A stretch of DNA of 64,000 nt from Candidatus Altiarchaeota archaeon (lineage in GTDB: Archaea; Altiarchaeota; Altiarchaeia; IMC4; QMZM01): the NCBI GenBank assembly GCA_038891095.1, contig JAWAEV010000001.1:36458-100457 (forward strand), given 5' to 3'. The notes under the pieces are model-generated. The model did no database searches and was not told the origin of the DNA. It worked only from the letters and a program-made list of their open reading frames with translations. A program made the translations under genes and the position numbers. Shown here piece by piece: positions 34,212 through 44,459 of this stretch (position 1 is its first letter; every line of letters starts with the position of its first letter).

Positions 34212-35903
34212 ATGAAAAAAAAATTTTTCATAGTTATTTTCCTTTTGTTAATATTTGGGCTATGTGATGCCTCTATTTTAGAAGAGAAAACAAATTTCAG
34301 TGTTGGTACTATAAAGAAAATTTTTTTTGAAGATCTAAACAATGATAAAAACTTAGAAATTGTTATTCTTTCTAAGAATAAAATTTCTGTTTTTGACTCA
34401 AGCGGAAATTTATTATGGAGCTATAGCGATGAGGATATAAATTCTGTTAATATAGCTGATTTAAATTCAGATAACAAAAAAGAAATTCTTATAACTACAG
34501 GAAAAGTAATAGCTGAAATTGCAAAATTCTCATTGTGGATTCTCGATAACAATGGAAAAGTTCTTCTTAAATATCCTCAAAGCGAAGTTGGCACAAGTGT
34601 TATATTCAACACTGTTGAAACTGAAGATTTAGATGGCAATAATTATAAAGAGATTATTATTGGTACTTCAAAAGGTATAATGACCTTGAGAGATAATTAC
34701 AAAGAAGTTTTATGGTATAATAATGCTCTAATGCCAAATGACAGAATAGAGAAAATTCTTGTAAGTGATATAAATTCCGATGGGAAAAAAGAGATAATTG
34801 CAAAATCTTTCTCTAAGATTTATGCAGTTGATTTTGATGGAACCCCATTTTGGAATTACACTATTGCTGATGGAATTGACAATTTAATTGAGGGTATCTC
34901 TGATTTAATGAAAAAAAATTTGATTTTAATTTCAAAGAAAAATGAAATTTTTATAGTTGATATTCAGGGAAATTTAACAAAGCAAATTTCTATTCCTGAA
35001 AATTTAAAAGGGGTTATTATTGAAGATCTTGACAAAGATATGCAAAAGGAAATAATTGTATACTCTGAAAAAAATGCAACATGCTTTAAAAATTTTATCT
35101 TGAATTGGACTTATTCATTTAACGAGACTATTATAGAAGTGTTTTATGAAAATTTTGATTTAGACAATGAAAAGGAATTAGTATTCTTTACTACTTCAGA
35201 ACTTTTGGCATTTTACCCATTAAATTTAACTCTAAAATTCAGGTCAGAGACACCATATAAAGCAAAAAAAATTTTTCTTGTGGATTTAAATGGCGATGAT
35301 GAAAAAGAAATTCTCCTATGGGAAGAAGGTATTTTGCACATTTTTAGCATAGATAAAAAATTCTGGAAGAAAAAAATTGCAGATGAAATTTATGAAAATG
35401 CACTAAAAAAGCTAAGCATGAAAGATTATGAAGTTTCAGAAATGAAAGCAAAAGAGGCATTAAAAATTTATGAAGAAATTCAAAATTCTGCAGGATTATT
35501 AAATGTTAAATCTTTATTGCAAGAGATACAACAAAGAAAAATTACTGATAAACGAGAGAGGGCAAATTCTTTTTATGAAAGTGCTATGTCCTTCTACAAA
35601 TATGGAGATTATGAAAACTCAACACTATACCTACAAATGGCAAATAAAATTTTTGCTGAGTTAAATGACATTTCAGAAATGGAAAAATGCAATTTGCTTT
35701 TAGATGAAATAAAAAACGCATCACAGAGAATTGAAAAACCAGCAGAACTTTTATCTACAGAAACAACAATTGAAACTACAATTGAAAAAAAAGAATTTAT
35801 TTTCGATGAAAAGAAAAGTATTTTAGTACTTTGGATATTATTAATATTGATATTATTAACTGTTCTTTTTTTAAGAAAATTGAAAAGAGGGAAAGAAAAA
35901 TGA
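34212..35903 (+). CDS. secreted FG-GAP/VCBS repeat plus helical repeat protein with C-terminal TM anchor
   Basis: Signal peptide, repeated DLN.D..KEI motifs, TPR-like helices, TM followed by basic tail. Confidence 0.75.
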   Translation: MKKKFFIVIFLLLIFGLCDASILEEKTNFSVGTIKKIFFEDLNNDKNLEIVILSKNKISVFDSSGNLLWSYSDEDINSVNIADLNSDNKKEILITTGKVIAEIAKFSLWILDNNGKVLLKYPQSEVGTSVIFNTVETEDLDGNNYKEIIIGTSKGIMTLRDNYKEVLWYNNALMPNDRIEKILVSDINSDGKKEIIAKSFSKIYAVDFDGTPFWNYTIADGIDNLIEGISDLMKKNLILISKKNEIFIVDIQGNLTKQISIPENLKGVIIEDLDKDMQKEIIVYSEKNATCFKNFILNWTYSFNETIIEVFYENFDLDNEKELVFFTTSELLAFYPLNLTLKFRSETPYKAKKIFLVDLNGDDEKEILLWEEGILHIFSIDKKFWKKKIADEIYENALKKLSMKDYEVSEMKAKEALKIYEEIQNSAGLLNVKSLLQEIQQRKITDKRERANSFYESAMSFYKYGDYENSTLYLQMANKIFAELNDISEMEKCNLLLDEIKNASQRIEKPAELLSTETTIETTIEKKEFIFDEKKSILVLWILLILILLTVLFLRKLKRGKEK

Positions 35904-37816
35904 AATTTGAAACTCTAACTTTATTAGGGATTTTAACTCTATTGATTTTTGTAAATGCAATTTCGGATGTTGAACTTGCAGATATGTATTATGGCGAAGC
36001 AAAAAAGCAATATGATGCAGCAAATTGTATAAATGCAAGCATCTTCGCAGAGAGAGCATATAATCTATATGTTAAAGTTGGAAATTTTCAAAAAGGAAAT
36101 GAAGTTAATGAATTTAGAAGTATTAAAGTAGATAAATGTCTTAGAGATCAAGGTTATATTTACTACCAGAAAGCACTTGATTATTATACTCAAGGAGGTT
36201 ATGGAAACTACAACTTAGCTAAGCAATATGCAGAGAAAGCAAAAGAATATTATTCTTATTTACTATTCCCAGGAGATTTGATAGAGAAATGCGATGAACT
36301 AATAAAAAATGCAGAAAATAAAATAAAAGAAAATAAGAAAGAGCAGGCAGATGAAATTTATAATGAGGCTTATAAACTGTATAAACAAAGGAAGGATTTG
36401 TTCTATGCACTAAATAAGGCAAATGAAGCAAAAGAAATTTATTCTCTTATAAATGATATGCAGGGAGTTGAAAAATGTAATGCTCTAATCAGCAATATAC
36501 AAGTTGATATAGCGCAAATTGATGAAAATGCAAATGTTTATTATACAACTGCCCAGGAATGGTATACTAAAGCAATGGAAACCCCAACATTTAAAAATTT
36601 TAACACTGCTTTGGAATATGCAAAAAATGCTTCAGAGCTTTATACTTTGGTTAATAACACAGCGGGATATGCAAATTGTATTGCACTAATAAATAACATA
36701 CAAAATGCTCTTTCAAAAAATGAAGAAAGGCTTAAGAAAGAAGCTGAAAGTTATTATAACAAGGCAGAATTGCTCTATCTTTCTGGGAGAAGTAAATACA
36801 ATGAGGGTAGTTATGTATTAGCTGAAGAAATGTTTAAAAATGCAACATCTGCATCAAAAACAGCAAAGCAAATTTATACTGAGCTATTTAACTGGGCTGA
36901 TAGTTTAAAAACTAAAGAAAGATTAGAAAAGACAGAGTACTATAAAAAGAAAATTTATGAATGTAATAAGCAGTTAGAGATGATAGAAAATGAAGCAAAA
37001 ATTATAGATAAAAAAACACTTGCTGAAAATCTTTATAGTGATGCAAATAAATTTTATGATTTATCTTTTTATGAAAATGCAAGTATTGCAGCTAATAAAT
37101 CAAGAGAAATCTTTGTGAGTATTAACGATTGGGTAGGTGTTTCAAAATGTGAAGCACTGATAAGAAAGATAAACAATGCGCTAGAAATTTTAGCTAATGC
37201 AAATTCCGCATATGAAAAAGCATATTCAAAATATAAAATTGCAGAATTCAATGCTGCGGTTTCTGAACTTGAAAAAGCTGTTGAAATCTATAGGCAAATT
37301 AACAGACAGCAAGATATAGAAAAAAGTAATTTACTTTTCAAAAAAATTCAAGAAGGTAACAATAGCAAGAATGAAGCAGATAGAAAGTATAAAGAAGCAC
37401 TGAAAAAGTATGAAGAGGGTAGCTTTACCGTTTCTAAAAGCTATGCAATTGAAGCGAATAATACTTACAAGAAAATAAATTTTGTAGAAGGAATAGAAAA
37501 ATGTAATGAACTAATAAAGAAGAATGATGAAAAAAGAAAGGAGATAGAAGAAAGAGAAAAACTTCAGAGGAATATACTCGTTGCGATAGTGGCTATAATT
37601 TTCATATCTGTTATAATTTTCTGGCAGAGAGAGAAATGGAAAAAAGCAGAGTTAAGAAAAAAGGCTTTGGAAGCAGAAGAAAAACGAAAGGAAGAAGAAA
37701 GAAGAAAAGCAGAAGAAGAAAGGTTAAAGAAGGAGATAGAGCATTTAAAGCAATTGCAAGCAGAAAGAGATAGATTAAAAGCAGTGTTAGAAGAAGAGAA
37801 AAAGAAACTTAAATAA
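35900..37816 (+). CDS. secreted TPR-like helical repeat protein with TM anchor and charged cytoplasmic coiled coil
   Basis: Repeated A..YY..A...A...Y......G.EKC..LI units; TM NILVAIVAIIFISVIIFW. Confidence 0.75.
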   Translation: MKFETLTLLGILTLLIFVNAISDVELADMYYGEAKKQYDAANCINASIFAERAYNLYVKVGNFQKGNEVNEFRSIKVDKCLRDQGYIYYQKALDYYTQGGYGNYNLAKQYAEKAKEYYSYLLFPGDLIEKCDELIKNAENKIKENKKEQADEIYNEAYKLYKQRKDLFYALNKANEAKEIYSLINDMQGVEKCNALISNIQVDIAQIDENANVYYTTAQEWYTKAMETPTFKNFNTALEYAKNASELYTLVNNTAGYANCIALINNIQNALSKNEERLKKEAESYYNKAELLYLSGRSKYNEGSYVLAEEMFKNATSASKTAKQIYTELFNWADSLKTKERLEKTEYYKKKIYECNKQLEMIENEAKIIDKKTLAENLYSDANKFYDLSFYENASIAANKSREIFVSINDWVGVSKCEALIRKINNALEILANANSAYEKAYSKYKIAEFNAAVSELEKAVEIYRQINRQQDIEKSNLLFKKIQEGNNSKNEADRKYKEALKKYEEGSFTVSKSYAIEANNTYKKINFVEGIEKCNELIKKNDEKRKEIEEREKLQRNILVAIVAIIFISVIIFWQREKWKKAELRKKALEAEEKRKEEERRKAEEERLKKEIEHLKQLQAERDRLKAVLEEEKKKLK

Positions 37817-37817
37817 A

Positions 37818-39257
37818 ATGTATGAAAAAATTCTTGAAATAGCAAAAAAAAGGGGCATCATATATCCTTCATTTGAGCCTTATGGTGGGGTCTCTGGATT
37901 TTATGATTATGGACCAATAGGAAAAAGGATAAAGGAGAATATTGAAAATTTGATAAGAGAATTTTTTATAATTGATCATGGATTTGTTGAAGTTGAATGT
38001 CCAACTCTTTCACCAGAAAAAGTTTGGATTGCTTCAGGACATGTAAAAAATTTTTCTGATTTGATGGTTGAATGTCTAAGCTGTGGTGAAGCATATCGCG
38101 CAGACCATTTAATTGAGAAACAATTGAAAATTAGTTGTGAGGGAAAAACAAAAAAGGAGATTGAGGATTTACTCTCAGAAAAAAAAGCAAAATGTCCAAA
38201 ATGTAATGGCAACTTAGGAGAACTTTTCTCTTATAATTTAATGTTTAAAACAGAAATTGGCCCTGGAAAAGAGAAGCTAATTGGTTATTTAAGACCGGAA
38301 ACTGCACAAACTACATATTTAGCTTTTTCAAGATTATGGGAAATTTGCAGAAAAAAATTACCCATTGGTGTTTTGCAAATTGGTCATTCATATAGAAATG
38401 AAATTTCTCCAAGGCAAGGTATGATAAGGCTTAGAGAATTTTCACAAGCGGAAATCCAATTCTTTGTAGATCCAGAAAAAAAATTTATTGAGGATTTCAG
38501 CAAAGTTAAAGAGATAAAAGTTAAGATTGTTGATAAAAATGATAAAAGCTATGAAATTTCTCTTGAAGATGCAGTCAATAAGGAGATAATAAAGTTGCAG
38601 ATTATTGCATATTTTTTAGGAATTTCAATAAAACTTTTTGAAGCAATGGGAATTAAAAAAGAGAAGTTAATATTAAGGCAGCATAAGGATGAGGAACGTG
38701 CTTTTTACTCAACTGACACATGGGATATAGAATTCATTTCTGAAAATTTCGGTAGAATTGAACTTGTCGGAATTTCTGATAGGACAGATTATGATTTAAA
38801 AGCGCATAAAAATTTAAGTGGTGAAGACTTCTCTGTTACTTACGATGGAAAAAAATTTATACCACATGTTATAGAAACAGCCTATGGAATTGACAGGCCA
38901 TTTTATTGCATTCTTGAATCTTGCTATGTCGAAGAAAATGAAAGAAACTATTTTTCATTCCCTAAAAGAGTTGCTCCGTATCTCGCAGGAATTTTTCCTT
39001 TAGTGAACAAAAATGGAATTCCTAAAAAAGCAGAAGAAATTTTTGAAATTTTAAAGAAAAAAAGAATTTATTGCTTTTATGATGATTCTGGTAGCATTGG
39101 TAAGAGGTATGCAAGAGCAGATGAAATTGGTGTGCCCTTTGCAATAACGGTAGATTATGATAGCTTGAAAGACAACACAGTGACAATCAGAGAAAGAAAT
39201 ACAAAAAAACAAATTAGGTTAAGAGTTGATGAAATTTTTAAATATCTTTCAGAATAA
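37818..39257 (+). CDS. glyS: glycyl-tRNA synthetase (homodimeric type)
   Basis: YDYGPIG, LRPETAQ, RNEISPRQGMIRLREF, SIGKRYARADEIG. Confidence 0.95.
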   Translation: MYEKILEIAKKRGIIYPSFEPYGGVSGFYDYGPIGKRIKENIENLIREFFIIDHGFVEVECPTLSPEKVWIASGHVKNFSDLMVECLSCGEAYRADHLIEKQLKISCEGKTKKEIEDLLSEKKAKCPKCNGNLGELFSYNLMFKTEIGPGKEKLIGYLRPETAQTTYLAFSRLWEICRKKLPIGVLQIGHSYRNEISPRQGMIRLREFSQAEIQFFVDPEKKFIEDFSKVKEIKVKIVDKNDKSYEISLEDAVNKEIIKLQIIAYFLGISIKLFEAMGIKKEKLILRQHKDEERAFYSTDTWDIEFISENFGRIELVGISDRTDYDLKAHKNLSGEDFSVTYDGKKFIPHVIETAYGIDRPFYCILESCYVEENERNYFSFPKRVAPYLAGIFPLVNKNGIPKKAEEIFEILKKKRIYCFYDDSGSIGKRYARADEIGVPFAITVDYDSLKDNTVTIRERNTKKQIRLRVDEIFKYLSE

Positions 39258-39304
39258 ATTTACCATAATGGGATAAGCATCTTTTTTATGCTATCTGTGC
39301 AAAG

Positions 39305-40024
39305 CTAAAACGCACTTATGAATATCTCACCGAATAACTTTTCCTGTTTAAGTTTAATTTTCTTGCTGTTTGATAGATGCAACAAAGAAATGAAAACAGG
39401 AATTAGGTCTTTTCTCTCAGTTAAAATTTCTGAAAACAATGCAACTTTCTTTTTCATCAAAATTTCCATTATTTTTAGATAGGTTATTTCAATTGCTTTT
39501 TTTATGTTAAAAGTTTCAGAGATTATAATCTCATTTCTCCCATTTGCTTTACTTTCAATCACTCTTTCTTTCTCCTCTAAAACTTCTTGAATTGCCGCAA
39601 TTAGCTCTATTGCAGTAATTCTTCTCTTTGTTACTCTTTGGGGTTTTACTTGAATCGGAATTTCTGGGTCAATTTCAACATTCACTGCTCTATTATTCTC
39701 TTTCTGCCATGTATCTGAAAAAAATTGTAGAAATTCACCATCTGAAACCCAAGATTCAAGATCATACTCTAAGTCTGGACCTGAAAATCTCAAAAGTTCT
39801 GATTTCATTCTCAATAGCACAGAACTAACAATAACAACATTTGCAGGAATTTTAAAATTTAACTCTCGCATTTTCTCAACTTTCTTTGAATAGCGAGTTG
39901 CTAATTCAACTATATCCACATCCCATGGATCCATCTCAGAAATTATCTCCAGTAGTATATCTTTCCAGAATGATCTTTCAATTAAGATATCAAGTTTCTC
40001 TGTGTCAAATTCAATTTTATCCAT
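39305..40024 (-). CDS. scpA: kleisin ScpA
   Basis: MDPWDVDIVEL, LLRMKS, FISLLHL...LKQEKLFGEI. Confidence 0.88.
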   Translation of the reverse strand: MDKIEFDTEKLDILIERSFWKDILLEIISEMDPWDVDIVELATRYSKKVEKMRELNFKIPANVVIVSSVLLRMKSELLRFSGPDLEYDLESWVSDGEFLQFFSDTWQKENNRAVNVEIDPEIPIQVKPQRVTKRRITAIELIAAIQEVLEEKERVIESKANGRNEIIISETFNIKKAIEITYLKIMEILMKKKVALFSEILTERKDLIPVFISLLHLSNSKKIKLKQEKLFGEIFISAF

Positions 40025-40152
40025 TTTGTGCGTTTTATTCAAATTTATAATACAAGATTAAATACTTTTCTTTTTACAGAATTGAAATTTTTTATGAAAT
40101 TCATAGAGTTTTTAATTAACCGCTCAAAGCAATAAATGAAGAAATCGCTTTA

Positions 40153-40326
40153 TCAACCTTTTAATTCTTTAACATTTGCTCTTTTTTCACTTTCATTTTC
40201 ACCTACTGCTTTTCTGAATTCCTTAATTGCTTTTGCAAGAGATCTTGCAACTTCTGGAAGTTTTTTTGGATTAAGAAAGAGAAGTGCTATTATAAAAACT
40301 AAAATTAGTTCTGATGTACCAATCAT
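40153..40326 (-). CDS. tatA: twin-arginine translocase TatA/B subunit
   Basis: Manual translation MIGTSELILVFIIALLFLNPKKLPEVARSLAKAIKEFRKA...; below ORF-track cutoff. Confidence 0.88.
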   Translation of the reverse strand: MIGTSELILVFIIALLFLNPKKLPEVARSLAKAIKEFRKAVGENESEKRANVKELKG

Positions 40327-40327
40327 T

Positions 40328-41020
40328 TTACTTTAAATTTTTTGATATCAAAATGCTCATCTCATATATTAATATCATAGGAATTGCAACTAATATTTGA
40401 GTTAGCCCTGAGGTGTCAGGAGTTATAATAGCAGCAATTAAGAAAATTAAAACAATGGCATAACTTCTCTTTGAAATTAATTCTTTTGGATTTAGAAATT
40501 TAAGTTTTGTTAAAATTCCAATTATCAAAGGCAATTGAAAAACAATTCCAAAAATTAACATCATTGAGATAATGAAATCAAATGTTTGTTCTAAACTTAA
40601 AAGAGGCGTTGCAACTGGTAGAGAGAATTCGATTAAAATTTTTAATGTTATGGGAATTAAAAGAAGATATGAAAAGAGAAGGCCTAAGAGGAATAGTAGC
40701 ATTGAGGAAAAAAGAGTTATAAGGAGAAGCTTTTTTTCATTTCTTTTCATAGCTGGCTCAATAAAACTCAAAAATTCAAAAAGAAATATAGGCGAACTAA
40801 GAAAAAATCCTAAGAGAATAGAAATTTTAAGAGATAGCACTATTGCCTCAAGTGGTGAAAAAATATATAGCTGATACTCAGGAATTATATCTCTTTTAAT
40901 TTTATTTAGGACCCCTCCTGAGAAGGGATATGAGAGAATTGAAAATAAAACTAATGCAAGAATGCTTAATAAAATTCTCTTTCTCAGTTCAATGAGATGC
41001 TCCAAAAAAGTTTTTCTCAT
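40328..41020 (-). CDS. tatC: twin-arginine translocase TatC
   Basis: LEHLIELRKR, FQLP, AAIITPD...Q...PM..YE. Confidence 0.93.
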   Translation of the reverse strand: MRKTFLEHLIELRKRILLSILALVLFSILSYPFSGGVLNKIKRDIIPEYQLYIFSPLEAIVLSLKISILLGFFLSSPIFLFEFLSFIEPAMKRNEKKLLLITLFSSMLLFLLGLLFSYLLLIPITLKILIEFSLPVATPLLSLEQTFDFIISMMLIFGIVFQLPLIIGILTKLKFLNPKELISKRSYAIVLIFLIAAIITPDTSGLTQILVAIPMILIYEMSILISKNLK

Positions 41021-41022
41021 TT

Positions 41023-42522
41023 TTATTCTTCGCTGAATACTTCTGCTTTGTAGGTGTAAACCTCAACTCCTTTCCTCCAACAATCCTCTGGCATACCCCC
41101 CTTCAAACATAAACTAGAAAGAAAAATTTTCTTATCTGGAATTTGTTCCCAAACTTGTGGCAAATAGGTTGATTGTCTTGAACCAAACTTCAGTACAACT
41201 CCGTCCTTATAAGGAGTTAACTTATTTAGTAAATCTTCATCAGAAGAATATTTTAAAATTTTTGGTAATGATAACACTGAAATTTCAATTTTTATATCTT
41301 TTAGCTCATCATATCTTACTTCAGTGAATCTTGGATCATGAAGTGCAGCATTAATTGCATTTTCTATAACACATTCATATAAAGGAACTTGTGGTAAGAT
41401 ATGGCCAATACAACCTCTAAGTTGATCGCTCTTCTTTAATGTTACAAAACAACCTTGCTTCATTTTTAAATTTTCAGAAATTTCAGTTTCATTAATATAT
41501 GGCTTAATACCAGTGCTCAGATAAGATTCAAGTGTTTTCCTTGCTAAATTTAATAAAAATTTTTTATCATTTTCATTTATGCTATCGCTCTCATTTCTAT
41601 AGAAAACAATTGATGCATAACCAACAACTCTACTTCTATCGCCATATGTATCACCTGAATTATTGTAGTTTAAGAGCATAGCATTCCAATTTTTTTCTTT
41701 TGCTATATACATTAAAGTTATAACTGGTATTTTTCCACATGCCTCACATTGATCAATTTTAGAAGAATCCATGCTGATAACAGCATCTATGCATTTCCTA
41801 TCTAAATCAAGAGCTTTTTCATATGAATAATAATGACTTAGATCAGAGCTTGCTATTACTAATGAGTTATCATCAATGTATTTCATCAAAGCATCTGCAA
41901 GTTCTTTCGGCTTTACATTGCTAACAACTATTGGAACAATTGTAAAATTTTTAAGAACTTTTTGTAGGAATGGAATTTGAACCTCTACTGAATGTTCCCT
42001 CAGAAATGCAGCATCGTTAACCACAAAAATTTCTCGCTCATTCTTTAGCATTTCTCTTGCTTTTTTTGAAATTTTTACTTTCCCTAAGGGAGTTTCATAA
42101 GTTGTTGCGTTTAATATTGCTGCTCCATTGAACCAAGAATAATGTGAAGGACCTAAAATGAATACAGTTTCATACTCCCTGCCAATTAATTTTTTATAGC
42201 CAAATGCAGCAACTTTGCCAGAAAAGATATAACCTGCATGTGGTGCAATCAAGCCACAAATATTCCCAGAGATTTTTCTTTCTTTTGCATTTTCAATATA
42301 GCTATTTACCATCTCATCCAAAATTTTTTTTTCCGAGGGATAAAACTGACCAGCAACAACTGCCTTCTTTACAATTTCTTCTTCAATTTCTTGTTCTTTT
42401 TCTTTTTTCTCTTTGCTAAATTGAGAATAAAATAGAGGGATACAAATCAACAAAGAGGTAATAAAAATTAACAAAAAAATTTTCCTTTGCTTATATTTTC
42501 TTACATCTTTTCTTTTTTTCAT
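41023..42522 (-). CDS. AmmeMemoRadiSam protein B-A fusion (MEMO1 + AMMECR1) with N-terminal membrane anchor
   Basis: VAGQFYP, PHAGY, GPSH, EHSVEVQ, SSDLSHY; then FVTL..LRGCIG, DPRF, YLPQVW; N-terminal basic stretch plus TM. Confidence 0.92.
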   Translation of the reverse strand: MKKRKDVRKYKQRKIFLLIFITSLLICIPLFYSQFSKEKKEKEQEIEEEIVKKAVVAGQFYPSEKKILDEMVNSYIENAKERKISGNICGLIAPHAGYIFSGKVAAFGYKKLIGREYETVFILGPSHYSWFNGAAILNATTYETPLGKVKISKKAREMLKNEREIFVVNDAAFLREHSVEVQIPFLQKVLKNFTIVPIVVSNVKPKELADALMKYIDDNSLVIASSDLSHYYSYEKALDLDRKCIDAVISMDSSKIDQCEACGKIPVITLMYIAKEKNWNAMLLNYNNSGDTYGDRSRVVGYASIVFYRNESDSINENDKKFLLNLARKTLESYLSTGIKPYINETEISENLKMKQGCFVTLKKSDQLRGCIGHILPQVPLYECVIENAINAALHDPRFTEVRYDELKDIKIEISVLSLPKILKYSSDEDLLNKLTPYKDGVVLKFGSRQSTYLPQVWEQIPDKKIFLSSLCLKGGMPEDCWRKGVEVYTYKAEVFSEE

Positions 42523-42523
42523 T

Positions 42524-43243
42524 TTAAAATCTATGAGAAAATCTAATTGCGTTCTTTGGACATTTAGATAAACACTCAAAACAAATTATGCAGTCAGTTG
42601 AGTTTAAATCAACATTTTCTTTCTTGTTATTTATTTTCATTTCACATACCTCTTTACAGATTTTACATTTATTACAAAGTTTTTCCTTAAATTTCAACTT
42701 TAATAAGCTCAACTTATTTGAGATTGAAATCAATGCACCTAAAGGACATAAAAATCTACAAAAAAATCTCGAACTAAATGCTGCAACAAAGATTGAAATA
42801 GCAAGAATTAATGAAAGCAAAATGTTAGTTGATGGAAATTCGTTGAGAATCTTTATTGAGATTATTCTAGAGAGATTTAGTGCAAAAATAAAAGCTATGA
42901 AAAGAAATAGAAATTTTATCTTTGAATTTCTTGCTATGACTAAATCCTTTGATTTTGAAATTTTTCTTGAAAAGAAATTTATAATGTCTTGAAAAAAACC
43001 AAAAGGACATGAGAAAGAGCAAAATACTCTTCCAGCAAATATTGCTGAAATGCCAATGAAAAATATTGTTGCTTTTCTCATATACTTTGATGGGCACCAA
43101 AAATATGTGCAGAAATTACATGATATCCATGGCAATGTATAGGGACAGTAGAAAACAGCAAAAAAAAGAGGGAATAGAAAATAAAGAGAAATACTCTGAG
43201 AAATTATTCGTAAAGCTCTAAATTTCAAAAATTTGAAATTCAT
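42524..43243 (-). CDS. membrane 4Fe-4S protein (NapH/MauN-like)
   Basis: GRVFCSFSCPFG, RFFCRFLCPLG, two CxxCxxCxxxC motifs. Confidence 0.88.
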   Translation of the reverse strand: MNFKFLKFRALRIISQSISLYFLFPLFFAVFYCPYTLPWISCNFCTYFWCPSKYMRKATIFFIGISAIFAGRVFCSFSCPFGFFQDIINFFSRKISKSKDLVIARNSKIKFLFLFIAFIFALNLSRIISIKILNEFPSTNILLSLILAISIFVAAFSSRFFCRFLCPLGALISISNKLSLLKLKFKEKLCNKCKICKEVCEMKINNKKENVDLNSTDCIICFECLSKCPKNAIRFSHRF

Positions 43244-43246
43244 TTT

Positions 43247-44458
43247 TTAATTCCAGATGCCTGGAATTTTAGCTCCACAATTTTTGCATTTACCATCAAT
43301 TATATCATTGCGTTTTATTTTATAGCCAATTCTCTCGATAAGTAAACTCTTACATTTTGGGCAATAAGTATTTTCATAATCATCATGGGGAACATTCCCT
43401 ATATATACAAAATTTAATCCTACATTAAGGGCTATATCTCTTGCCTTTTTTAAAGTTTCTATTGGCGTTGGTGGTAAATTTGTTAACTTATACATAGGAT
43501 GAAATCTACTGAAATGCAATGGAATATCCTTGCTTAAATTTTCTTTAATCCATTCACATAGTTGTTTTATCTCCTCTAAGTTATCATTTAGGGTCGGCAC
43601 AACAAGGTTTACAATCTCGAACCACTTTGCCTCTCTATAAGTAATTTTACATGCTTTCAGAACATGCTCTAATTCTGCTTCGCAAATTTCTCTATAAAAT
43701 CGCTCGTTAAAACCTTTTAGATCGATTTTTATTGCATCTACCTCCTTTGCCAAGTTAATAAGAGGCTTTTCATTTATATACCCTGCTGTAACTACAACAT
43801 TTCTTATTCCCTTTTCATTAGCAATTTTTGCTGTGTCTAACATATAGTCATAGAATGCAACAGGCTCGGCATATGTATATGCTATTGTCATAACTTTATC
43901 ATCTTTTCCTTTTTCATTTAATGCTAATTCAACTGTTTTCTCAGGTAGCATATCATAATTTGTTGTTTCTTCTGGCTTTTTCTGGGAGATATCAAAATTT
44001 TGGCAATATTTACATCTCAGATTGCATCCTGCTGTTGATAAAGAAAAAGCAAATGTTCCTGGGAGAAAGTGATAGAATGGCTTCTTCTCTATAGGATCAA
44101 TATGTAAGGCGCATGGATTTCCATAAGTTAAAGTATAAAGCTTACCCCTAAAATTAACTCTTGCTCTACATATGCCTCTTTCATTCTCATTCAAAGAACA
44201 TTGATGTGGACATAACTTGCATCTGATGTAACTTGGAAATTTTTCATAATAACTTGCTTCTTTTGACCATTTCCATAGCTCTTGAATTTGACTTCCAACT
44301 GAATTTTCTACTGGTAATTTTTCCAAAAATAGTTTTTTTAGGATAAAATATCCTGCAGCAATTCCAAATAAGCCAACTACCCCTTTCTTTAAAAAATCCC
44401 TTCTCGTAATTTTTTGCTTAAAAAACGATGTTGAATTTCTCCTTTTTATTTTCTTCAT
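43247..44458 (-). CDS. AmmeMemoRadiSam radical SAM enzyme with Tat signal peptide
   Basis: ITRRDFLKKGVVGLFGIAAG; CKLCPHQC; DPIEKKPFYHF; GCNLRCKYCQN; HFSRFHP; YIGNV. Confidence 0.92.
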   Translation of the reverse strand: MKKIKRRNSTSFFKQKITRRDFLKKGVVGLFGIAAGYFILKKLFLEKLPVENSVGSQIQELWKWSKEASYYEKFPSYIRCKLCPHQCSLNENERGICRARVNFRGKLYTLTYGNPCALHIDPIEKKPFYHFLPGTFAFSLSTAGCNLRCKYCQNFDISQKKPEETTNYDMLPEKTVELALNEKGKDDKVMTIAYTYAEPVAFYDYMLDTAKIANEKGIRNVVVTAGYINEKPLINLAKEVDAIKIDLKGFNERFYREICEAELEHVLKACKITYREAKWFEIVNLVVPTLNDNLEEIKQLCEWIKENLSKDIPLHFSRFHPMYKLTNLPPTPIETLKKARDIALNVGLNFVYIGNVPHDDYENTYCPKCKSLLIERIGYKIKRNDIIDGKCKNCGAKIPGIWN

Positions 44459-44459
44459 T

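Noticed and set aside
39305-40024. scpA with the Rad50-like gene as a Wadjet/Mks system
   Set aside because: The genes are 12 kb apart, the ATPase has a zinc hook rather than a hinge, and no jetB/jetD-like genes are present.
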